Source of the DNA: a candidate division FCPU426 bacterium
GTDB lineage: Bacteria > Oederibacteriota > Muellerivitia > Muellerivitales > Muellerivitaceae
NCBI GenBank assembly: GCA_963796105.1
Contig: CAWCKJ010000003.1
Location: 832,001 to 896,000, forward strand
DNA length: 64,000 nucleotides
Direction: 5' to 3'
The notes below the pieces were generated by a model, which was not told where the DNA came from, did no database searches, and saw only the letters and a program-made list of their open reading frames with translations. Made by a program: the position numbers and the translations under genes. Shown in pieces: positions 29,335 to 37,354 of this stretch. Positions within the stretch are counted from its first letter, which is position 1. Each line of letters begins with the position of its first letter.

Positions 29335-30321
29335 ATGAAATATATGTCCATTCGGTTTTATGTCTTAATCCTCGGGGCCACGGTCCTCCTGGACGCAGGG
29401 TGCAGTTCCAAAAATAGCCCAACTTCCACACCCAATAACTTCTCCGCCCCATCCCTATATTCCCAAAAACCAGAAACGGCGATTACACAAACACCAGAGG
29501 ATAATCCATCTGGTATCAGCTATTATGACGGCCATCTTTGGGTTGCCTTTGATCGGGGGGGGGCAACGCCCTATTTAGGCGAATACAACACAAGTGGCCA
29601 ATCCATTACTGTAATTGACACATTTAATGGCAATAGCAAGTTCTTCGGTTCTACGGACGTAAAAACCGGGCCGGATGGAACGGTCTATGTTGCGGATTCG
29701 GATAATAACCGAATTGATGTTTTCTCTTCTTCCGGTGCTTATCAAACTGCCATCACGGGTTTATCTTATGGCAGAAGTGTCGTCGTAAACTCGTCCGGAA
29801 CCACCCTTTACGCGCTGGACGGAACTCCGGCAATTCAAGTCTACAAAATCGATAATTTCACAAAACCCAAGACTTTTACCTATGTCGGAATCCTCGGCAC
29901 GATAAGTCCAGGGGTGAATGCCTCTTGCGAACCATTCTATTTAGCTATAGATTCCAACGGTAATGTCTACGTAAGCATCATGAACGAGAACTATTCACCC
30001 AATATGTATTATTCGTCCATCCTTAAATACAGCCCGACTATTGGTTCGACCCCGGTCTCTTTCAGTTCTTCTTGTACTAATCCGGAAGGTATCGTTGTTG
30101 ATCACGAGGGTAATGTTTTCATGAGCTGCTACTCTCCCTCGAATTATGTTCAAGAATTCACCCCATTGGAAAATACCTATACCGCGGGAGTTACATTTGG
30201 AAATGGGATTTTAGATTATCCCATTGGACTTACTCTGGACGAATCAGAAAACCTCTATGTGGCCGACAGTGGCCATAGTCGGATTTTGGAATACAAACGA
30301 GAGTCTTTAAGGGGCTTTTAG
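29335..30321 (+). CDS. NHL-repeat beta-propeller lipoprotein (short linker)
   Basis: AAGGAGG RBS, lipobox LDAGC, VYVADSDNNRI, YPIGLTLDESENLYVADSGHSRI. Confidence 0.88.
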   Translation: MKYMSIRFYVLILGATVLLDAGCSSKNSPTSTPNNFSAPSLYSQKPETAITQTPEDNPSGISYYDGHLWVAFDRGGATPYLGEYNTSGQSITVIDTFNGNSKFFGSTDVKTGPDGTVYVADSDNNRIDVFSSSGAYQTAITGLSYGRSVVVNSSGTTLYALDGTPAIQVYKIDNFTKPKTFTYVGILGTISPGVNASCEPFYLAIDSNGNVYVSIMNENYSPNMYYSSILKYSPTIGSTPVSFSSSCTNPEGIVVDHEGNVFMSCYSPSNYVQEFTPLENTYTAGVTFGNGILDYPIGLTLDESENLYVADSGHSRILEYKRESLRGF

Positions 30322-30395
30322 GCCTCTACCCCAACTCATCATTCATAATTACCATGAATGTCTTGCCTATCCTATGAATCCCCTGAATCCCAGCG

Positions 30396-30462
30396 AGAAT
30401 TATTTGAGTTTTATATTGCTGCTTGATTTTCGAGAAACGAAAATCCTCAACAATTTAGAATT
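30396..30462. repeat. Conserved intergenic hairpin element R3
   Basis: TTGATTTTCGAGAAACGAAAATCCTCAACAATTTAG; shares upstream AATCCCAGCGA with R2. Confidence 0.8.
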
Positions 30463-30489
30463 CATAATTTAAAATTCAAAATTGTCTTT

Positions 30490-31476
30490 TCAAGGTGGTG
30501 GCGGCGGTATATCCGGCGTGGGCGTCGGCAAGGGTTCCGGAAGCGACATATCTTCCGATCCCGCTATGACCGGCACGACCTCATTGGATTCAGGATAGCC
30601 GGATTCGGTGGGATGCTTGACGACCTTGTGCCTGACCACCTTTTTGGGTTTTTGCTTAGGCTTGGGTTTCGGCTTCGGCTTGGCTTTTTTTACAGGCTTG
30701 TGCTTAACCCGGGGCTTTGGGACGGGGGTGGCCGTGGGCTCCGGCGTGGGGGTGTAAGTCGGTGGAACCTCCGTTGGGGTCATGACCGGGACTATCGTCG
30801 GGACCGGAGTCGGTGGGGGCGGGGGCGGGTTTTCACTCGGCAGGTATTCCGTGAAGTACCACCGCGCCCCGAACCATACGCCCAATCCGAGCAAAATGAG
30901 GAAAAACCAGAAGCCCTTGTTCCCCTTGGGCTTTTCGGCTTCGGGCCTCTTCCTCAAATCCGGGACGATCTTATAGACATCCACCTTGTGGGAAACGTTC
31001 TTGAGCTCCTTGGGGCCCATGTAAACGGTCTTGAATTCCTTCAGGCTCTTGATGTTGTGGTACACGTCCTCGGAGACGCAGATGGTTCCTGGGTCCGCGA
31101 TGGCCTGGAGGCGGGCCGCGATATTGACCCCGTCCCCGAAAATGTCGTTGTCTGCGATGACCACGTCCCCGACGTGGATGCCGATTCGCACCTGGCGGGG
31201 CTCTTTGGCGGTGAAGTCATGCTCGTGGAGGCGCCTTTGGATGGTGACCGCGCAGCGCACCGCGTTGACGGCGCTGGAAAAATCGGCCAAAAAGGCATCC
31301 CCCACCGTCTTGATGACCTTGCCCGCGTGCTTCTCCACCTCTAGATATATGAGGAGTTTGTGGAATTTCAGGTAGGAAAGGGTGGCGGTTTCGTCCAATT
31401 CCATCATCTTGCTGTAGCCCACGATATCCGTGAACATGATGGCGGAAAGTTTGCGGTGTAGGTCCGGATCAGGCAT
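30490..31476 (-). CDS. Class III adenylate cyclase with single TM and Pro/Lys-rich extracytoplasmic tail
   Basis: RKLSAIMFTDIVGYS, KTVGD, RIGIHVGDV, DIFGDGVNIAARL (Lys/Asp pair points to ATP specificity). Confidence 0.92.
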   Translation of the reverse strand: MPDPDLHRKLSAIMFTDIVGYSKMMELDETATLSYLKFHKLLIYLEVEKHAGKVIKTVGDAFLADFSSAVNAVRCAVTIQRRLHEHDFTAKEPRQVRIGIHVGDVVIADNDIFGDGVNIAARLQAIADPGTICVSEDVYHNIKSLKEFKTVYMGPKELKNVSHKVDVYKIVPDLRKRPEAEKPKGNKGFWFFLILLGLGVWFGARWYFTEYLPSENPPPPPPTPVPTIVPVMTPTEVPPTYTPTPEPTATPVPKPRVKHKPVKKAKPKPKPKPKQKPKKVVRHKVVKHPTESGYPESNEVVPVIAGSEDMSLPEPLPTPTPDIPPPPP

Positions 31477-31830
31477 TGAAAACCCCTTCATTTCACTAGG
31501 GAAAACGTGCTTATTATATAAGGCTGGAATAAGGTTATGTTAGAAAAGAAAAGCCGGGGAATATTAGTCAAACGGCTATGATTAGACTTTTTCTCACCTG
31601 TTTTAACTTCAAGTGTTGTCTTCCCATTCGCTTAAAGTTTGTTCAACTCCCTTTTCGATTCCGGTCTTGATCCCCCCTCTACTCTTAAAATTGAACAATG
31701 AAGAAAAAATGGTATCTGGATTTCGATATGATTATTTTCAACTAAATACAGTTAATTTAACGTTTAATTTTTGCATTATATTTATTGTTTTTTTATTGAA
31801 AGTTTTTAAGACCAGTATTAAATTTTTAAT

Positions 31831-32001
31831 ATGACCACACATAAAGTTGTTAATTTCAACTCCTCCGGTCAATCCACCGTTGAATATGCCTTAACCCTGA
31901 CAGTTGTTTTCTTGAGTTTTGTCGGGGTTACCACGCTCTTCTCGGGCCAATTGAACCGTTACTTATCCCAACTTTTCGATATGGTCAAGCTTCCATTTTG
32001 A
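31831..32001 (+). CDS. Flp-like minor pilin, 56 aa (not in ORF track)
   Basis: MTTHKVVNFNSSG|QSTVEYALTLTVVFLSFVG...KLPF*; G|xxxxEY motif; first gene of the tad cluster. Confidence 0.8.
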   Translation: MTTHKVVNFNSSGQSTVEYALTLTVVFLSFVGVTTLFSGQLNRYLSQLFDMVKLPF

Positions 32002-32020
32002 AAATATAAAGGGGTGTTTT

Positions 32021-32212
32021 ATGAAAAAATTGAATCAAAAAGGCCAAGGCATGACTGAATATATATTAATAGTCGCTTTAATCGCGGTGGCGGTCATCGC
32101 CGCAGTGAAGATATTCGGCCATACTGTTCAATCTGGGTTTAACAGCGCCTCAACCGCTGTTGGCGGCGCGGTGGGGTCTGGGATCGCCCAAGGAACTGGT
32201 TCAAGTAAGTAA
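32021..32212 (+). CDS. flp: Flp type IVb pilin
   Basis: KG|QGMTEYILIVALIAVAVIAAV; GGGGTG RBS. Confidence 0.92.
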   Translation: MKKLNQKGQGMTEYILIVALIAVAVIAAVKIFGHTVQSGFNSASTAVGGAVGSGIAQGTGSSK

Positions 32213-32217
32213 TCAGC

Positions 32218-32769
32218 ATGCCGCACTTGAATCAAAAGGGGCAATCGGCGGTTGAGTTTGCCCTTCTTTCCCCATTATTGTTTGTTATATTCTTCGGCAT
32301 CATCCAGCTCGCTTATTCTGTTTACGTTGCCTTTGCCGTCCAAAGGGCTGCGTACGCTATCGCACGCGAAGCTGCGGCTTCAACAGATCCAATAAGCTTC
32401 AATCCCTATTTCCAATTGGTTTATTGCCTTGCTCCCTTGGGCCAATTGAATAGCTCGACCCTAGCCACAGCCTTAGCAACCAAATGTGATATATCGGTCG
32501 AGGACGAAACAGTCAAGGTACGATTGCTTTATCCCATGCCCATTTGGGTTCCAATGATAGATAAGCTTTTTGGGGAAAAACTCCAGTTAAACCCATCCAA
32601 CTTGGGAGCTGCTGATTCCAGTTTAAAATCAGCTTTTCAAATTATCGGAAAAACCCCACCCGAATTATCCCTCCAGGGCTTAACTCTTCCCTATGTCCGT
32701 TTCATGGCTTTTTCCGCTACAACCCCGGAAGAAACTTCTCTTGGCTATCAGGTGGATACCAATGATTAA
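32218..32769 (+). CDS. tadE: TadE-like pseudopilin
   Basis: KG|QSAVEFALLSPLLFVIFFGIIQ...AAYAIAREAA. Confidence 0.88.
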   Translation: MPHLNQKGQSAVEFALLSPLLFVIFFGIIQLAYSVYVAFAVQRAAYAIAREAAASTDPISFNPYFQLVYCLAPLGQLNSSTLATALATKCDISVEDETVKVRLLYPMPIWVPMIDKLFGEKLQLNPSNLGAADSSLKSAFQIIGKTPPELSLQGLTLPYVRFMAFSATTPEETSLGYQVDTND

Positions 32770-33955
32770 ACTTAACCGTTGGTCCTCCTCCCCCCCGGGA
32801 CAAGTCCTTCTCGCCACTTTGGTTTTTTGTTTCATTTTCCTCGCACTTTTTATTGGCGTTTACAAATCCGGACTACTCTACAACGCCAAGGAAAGGGCGT
32901 GCCGATCCACTGAAATGACCGCACTTTCTATGGGAGCTGTTTACGCCAATGGAATCCAATTGGTCCGGCTATCCAATGCCATACTTTTGGGCTTCGCCTT
33001 GGTGGACCTGGCAGTCATACTCGGCGTGACCCATATCAGCGGAGGCCTAGCTTTGCCCGTCATTGAAGCCGTCGATCCCCACACCCGTAACTTCGTCCAG
33101 ATCGTCCAGAAAGTTCTTTTCGGAGTCTCACTTCCCACAGGGGCTTACCCTTTCCTGATATTTTCTGAAGGGTTATCCTCCGCCAGCAACAACCAATTGC
33201 GGGACAATTGGCCGGATCCTGCCAAGCTTTCATGGAGTGTTCCGTTGCCTCCCTCGCCTGTCTTCTTGTTCAACCTCCAAGGGCCTTATCCGATGGAAGC
33301 CTTTCTACCCAACATGGCCCTGAAGTTCAGGACACTGGATTTGTTCTTATTCAAGCTTCCCGAGAAATCCACGAAAGCCATATACTTTCTAAAGGATAAA
33401 AGGACGGGAAAAACACACTATTTCGAGCAACACGAGGTTGAAATCGCCCCTAACTCCAAAAATATCGGCCAATTGAGGGTGAAAAGCGGTGAATTCGAGA
33501 ATAAGTACGTCGGGGTGTTAAGGGAAACAGAGGAAGAAACCGCGAAGGAAGCACAGAAGCGCGCTGAGAAAGCCGCGGGTAAAAAGTTAAAGTCCCTTTT
33601 TACTTATGGCAAAGCACTGAAACAAATCAAGATGGACGTCACGGATCGGGATGATATTCCCAACCATACCGTGATCGTTTATTCAAGCTTTCCAGCCAAG
33701 GTCCAGGGGCCCCAGGGGTCACAATCCGAAGTCCAGTCCATAAGCGAAGTTTCAGTAGAGGGTCCAGGCATGGCGGCATGGGACCTATTCGCCCCTCCAT
33801 ACCAATGCAAACTCATGCCTAAGGATCCCGCTGAAATCGCGAGACTGATGAAGGTACAAGGCATGGTTCAAACCTGGGCCTCACAGGGAAAACTTCCGGG
33901 GTTAAAAGACATGTTCAGCATGATACTTGGGGATCACAACCATGAAAACCCATGA
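32762..33955 (+). CDS. TadG-like large pseudopilin/anchor protein
   Basis: PG|QVLLATL plus hydrophobic helix, position within the tad operon; start ATG overlaps tadE end. Confidence 0.6.
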   Translation: MIKLNRWSSSPPGQVLLATLVFCFIFLALFIGVYKSGLLYNAKERACRSTEMTALSMGAVYANGIQLVRLSNAILLGFALVDLAVILGVTHISGGLALPVIEAVDPHTRNFVQIVQKVLFGVSLPTGAYPFLIFSEGLSSASNNQLRDNWPDPAKLSWSVPLPPSPVFLFNLQGPYPMEAFLPNMALKFRTLDLFLFKLPEKSTKAIYFLKDKRTGKTHYFEQHEVEIAPNSKNIGQLRVKSGEFENKYVGVLRETEEETAKEAQKRAEKAAGKKLKSLFTYGKALKQIKMDVTDRDDIPNHTVIVYSSFPAKVQGPQGSQSEVQSISEVSVEGPGMAAWDLFAPPYQCKLMPKDPAEIARLMKVQGMVQTWASQGKLPGLKDMFSMILGDHNHENP

Positions 33956-34421
33956 GAAAAACAATGGCCAGGGAATGACAGAATTCCTAATAGTTATTCC
34001 ACTTCTTTTATTGATGGCGGCAGGAATGGTTCAATTTTATCTACTATTTGCCGCTCGTTCTTCATTCGAACATGCTTGCGGTACAGCTGCCCGTTATTAC
34101 GCGGCTGGTGAAATAGAGCCGAAGGATTTCGCGAGTGAAGCCTGGGATGATTTGGGGGATGACCAACATTTTTTTATTCCCGGTACATTGCGTGCCTTTC
34201 CAATCGCCGCAACCTCTTCCCTAACTTCCCTTTTCACAAACCGAATGAACATTTTCGGCCCCCTTCTTTCCAAACTCAAGGACTATGCACTCAATTACAC
34301 AGGTCAGAAATGGCTGGTCTCCATCCAATATCGCGGGTCACCTTTTTTTGGATACCTTTTCCACAATGGCCTTTGTCTGGAGACCCAATTAGCTGTAATG
34401 CGTTACCCGGAGGCCCCATGA
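33942..34421 (+). CDS. TadE/TadF-like pseudopilin
   Basis: NG|QGMTEFLIVIPLLLLMAAGMVQ...ACGTAARY. Confidence 0.85.
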   Translation: MKTHEKNNGQGMTEFLIVIPLLLLMAAGMVQFYLLFAARSSFEHACGTAARYYAAGEIEPKDFASEAWDDLGDDQHFFIPGTLRAFPIAATSSLTSLFTNRMNIFGPLLSKLKDYALNYTGQKWLVSIQYRGSPFFGYLFHNGLCLETQLAVMRYPEAP

Positions 34422-35134
34422 ATAAATACTGGTTTTGGGGCACCATCGTTTTTTGGTTCATCCTGGCCAGCGCGTTTCTCAGCCGGGCCTTGATATTTTC
34501 ACCCGTGTGTTTCTCGCCTAAAACCATTTGCCAATACGAATCAACAACCAACGGAGTGAAAGAAACTAACCTGGTGTGGGTTAACCAAGGCAAATTAATA
34601 AACCTTCTTCCGATCATTATGGATAAATTCCATTCAGAGGGTTGGACACCCGAGGGCCGGGAATTAAATTTGACGCCAATCTTATTGGAGCTTTCCAACA
34701 AAAACCCATCCCTGGAGGGGCGTCTGGAAATTCACGCCTTTAAGAAAGCTGGTGTCACAAAGGCCCTAGGCTTATTGGAAAACCCAGATTCTGGCATGAC
34801 TTATGGATGGGAAGGAGAGTTACCAGGTGGAATCTTCAATCTAACACAAGCTCGATCCCATTGGGACTTCCCTTTTTCACCGCCAGAGGAAAGCCGTGAA
34901 ATTTTCTGTCAAAAACTCCAAAATTTCAAGATCGGATTGATTTACATGGACCCCAGCAACAGTCTTCGCCAAAAGTTTTTCGCTTTGTGCCTCCAGCAGG
35001 GATTCAACTTTCGACCATGGAAGGGGGATCCCGGCAGAGAGGCTTACTTGCTCTCAAAAACTTCTGTTAGGCTTTTAGCCGTATTGAATCCACAATCTTT
35101 GGAAGATGTGATCGCCTTGGTCAGTTTGAATTAA
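34418..35134 (+). CDS. Hypothetical N-anchored protein in tad operon
   Basis: ATGA overlap with upstream gene, GGAGG RBS, N-terminal TM. Confidence 0.7.
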   Translation: MNKYWFWGTIVFWFILASAFLSRALIFSPVCFSPKTICQYESTTNGVKETNLVWVNQGKLINLLPIIMDKFHSEGWTPEGRELNLTPILLELSNKNPSLEGRLEIHAFKKAGVTKALGLLENPDSGMTYGWEGELPGGIFNLTQARSHWDFPFSPPEESREIFCQKLQNFKIGLIYMDPSNSLRQKFFALCLQQGFNFRPWKGDPGREAYLLSKTSVRLLAVLNPQSLEDVIALVSLN

Positions 35135-35155
35135 GACATTTAGAAAGGAAAAGAT

Positions 35156-35935
35156 ATGAATCGCCGCAACTCCTTAATCGCCTTGTCCGCCGGAATTCTT
35201 TTCGGGACTTTGGCTTTTGTTCTTCTTTACCAGAAAGCGTCCGAAGTGGAAAAAAAGACCACTCCGATCCAGGTCCTAGTAGCTTCGGGTTATATACCAA
35301 TAGGAAGCATCCTGAAGCCTGACTTGGTTAAGAAAACTGATATTCCGGAAAATTACGTTAGCCCCAGCGCCATCCGCGACATCCGCGAAGTGGAGGGGTT
35401 TATATCCTTGGTGCCTATTTCGGCCGGCGAGCAGATACTATCTAACAAGTTCGGAACCAGTGAGGAATCTCTTGCCCTGGATTTAAATCCCGGTTATAGG
35501 GCTTACACTTTGCCCGTGAACGAAACCAACGGTGTCGGAAACTTGATCCGTCCGGGCAACCATGTGGACGTCCTCACTAAAGTTTCATCCCAAAACCGAG
35601 AACTGACTTCTTTTGTCTTCCAGGATTTGAAGGTTTTGGCTGTCGGTCAAAGAATGACCAGCCCTTCACAATCGAAAAAAAACCAGGAAGAGAGGTCTTC
35701 CGCAGGTGAAGACTCGGACAGCTATGGCACGGTAACCCTGGAAGTGACTCCAGAACAAGCCGAAACCCTTATGTTCTTGGAAGGGCAAAACCTCCGCTTG
35801 GTCCTGAGAAGCCCGAGCGATGATGAAATCCTCAACTTGCCTCCTCAAAGCGGGCTGGAGATCATCGAAAAGTTGGGCCATTTCTCGGTAAAAACTTCGC
35901 GAAGTATTGAAATTATTCGTGGAAACTCAAAATAA
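35156..35935 (+). CDS. cpaB: Flp pilus assembly protein CpaB/RcpC
   Basis: SAF domain, PGYRAYTLPV..GVGNLIRPGNHVDV, VLAVGQ, VTLEVTPEQAE, LRLVLR. Confidence 0.93.
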   Translation: MNRRNSLIALSAGILFGTLAFVLLYQKASEVEKKTTPIQVLVASGYIPIGSILKPDLVKKTDIPENYVSPSAIRDIREVEGFISLVPISAGEQILSNKFGTSEESLALDLNPGYRAYTLPVNETNGVGNLIRPGNHVDVLTKVSSQNRELTSFVFQDLKVLAVGQRMTSPSQSKKNQEERSSAGEDSDSYGTVTLEVTPEQAETLMFLEGQNLRLVLRSPSDDEILNLPPQSGLEIIEKLGHFSVKTSRSIEIIRGNSK

Positions 35936-35946
35936 GGAGGCTGGGT

Positions 35947-36978
35947 ATGAAAAAATTATTTTTATACTTTCTATTGGCGCTAACCCTAATCGCAGCTAAG
36001 GCGATGCCCGGCGAAGGTCCAATTCGGTTGACTATCGGGGAATCAAAGCTCATCAATGTCGAATCTGCGAAAAAAGTAGCCGTTGGGAATCCGGCTGTTG
36101 CCGATGTTACCTCGGTCAGCGATCAGGAAATTCTTATTTCCGCTAAATCTATCGGCAGTACCAACCTCATATTTATCGCTCCAGATGGAGATAAGATCAG
36201 TCGGACTATTCTGGTATCCTCTCATAATCTGAGGAAATCCATGGTAGAAATGGGTGTGGAAATCATGGAAATCGACTCCCAAAGCGCCCTTAAGGCAGGT
36301 CTAAGTTGGGGTTCCATCACATCCGCGCCGGTTTCAAGCTCCTCCGGCTCTACCACCTCCACTTCTTCATCTGCCGAATCCATAACCAGCAACAACGTTG
36401 CGATTGCCGAGAATTCTCCTCCTTCTTTAGCAGCATTTGGCACCTTTGCACGGCAATCCCTGGCCGCAAGCGTTCAGCTTTTAATCAGTCGCGGTAAAGC
36501 TAAAATTTTATCTAAACCAAAACTATTGGCGGTCAGTGGGGAAGAAGCTAGCTTCTTGGCAGGTGGCGAGATTCCTTACATTGTCGAGACGAAAATCGGC
36601 TCAGCGACGGTTGAGTGGAAACCTTATGGCGTCAAGTTGAATATTAAACCTTCCATCGAAGCTGATGGGAATATATCCGCGAATCTGCGCGCCGAGGTCA
36701 GCGGAATCGATCTTGAAAACGGGTTAGCCATGAATGGGACCACCGTTCCAGCCTTGCGCACCCGGTGGGCGGAAACATCGGTTTATATGAAAAGTGGAAG
36801 TACTCTTGTTATCGCGGGCTTGATAGACGAGCAAAGCCAGAAACTGACATCGGGCATCCCCATCCTGAGCGATATACCCGTCCTAGGAGAACTTTTCCGC
36901 TATACGGACCTGCAGAAAACCCAGACGGAACTGGTGATATTCGTGACGCCGACGATGGTGGGAGGAGAAGAAAACTGA
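35947..36978 (+). CDS. cpaC: Flp pilus secretin CpaC/RcpA
   Basis: VAVGNPAVADV N-domain; SGEEASFLAGGEIP, GIPILSDIPVLGELFR, TELVIFVTP. Confidence 0.93.
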   Translation: MKKLFLYFLLALTLIAAKAMPGEGPIRLTIGESKLINVESAKKVAVGNPAVADVTSVSDQEILISAKSIGSTNLIFIAPDGDKISRTILVSSHNLRKSMVEMGVEIMEIDSQSALKAGLSWGSITSAPVSSSSGSTTSTSSSAESITSNNVAIAENSPPSLAAFGTFARQSLAASVQLLISRGKAKILSKPKLLAVSGEEASFLAGGEIPYIVETKIGSATVEWKPYGVKLNIKPSIEADGNISANLRAEVSGIDLENGLAMNGTTVPALRTRWAETSVYMKSGSTLVIAGLIDEQSQKLTSGIPILSDIPVLGELFRYTDLQKTQTELVIFVTPTMVGGEEN

Positions 36979-37192
36979 CAAAAAGGCAATGAACCCTTCG
37001 AGCCCCACGCACCGCATACCATCCATCCACAAAACATTTAAAGTGGCTGGTATCGCACCGATTTCTATTACCGTCTTATTGTAAATCGGCACAGCGTGTG
37101 GCAGTGCTCAGGGCGGGTTTAAATTGGGAAGGTTCTTGAATTGGAAAAACCCAGCTAATAAGTTTTGATGAGGATTTGGAGCCGCCGGATTT

Positions 37193-37310
37193 TCAGGGGT
37201 TTTGGATCAAGACGCTGATGGTTCCATCGTTATAATTGGCGACCGCCAGGTCGGCTTTGCCGTCCCCGTTGAAATCCCCGGCCATGTCCCAAGTCGGATT
37301 GGTCCCCGGC
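37193..37310 (-). pseudogene. Orphan FG-GAP/VCBS repeat tail of a lost gene
   Basis: Reads PGTNPTWDMAGDFNGDGKADLAVANYNDGTISVLIQNP* directly downstream of the 37355 stop. Confidence 0.75.
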
Positions 37311-37354
37311 GCGTGTAAAATCCTTTTAAAAAGGGCCAAAGTCCCCAAGTGCCC

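Noticed and set aside
25059..30462. Integron cassette array (attC sites)
   Set aside because: No integrase in the window, no clear RYYYAAC/GTTRRRY ends, and the genes have long upstream regions of their own; kept only as an unexplained repeat.
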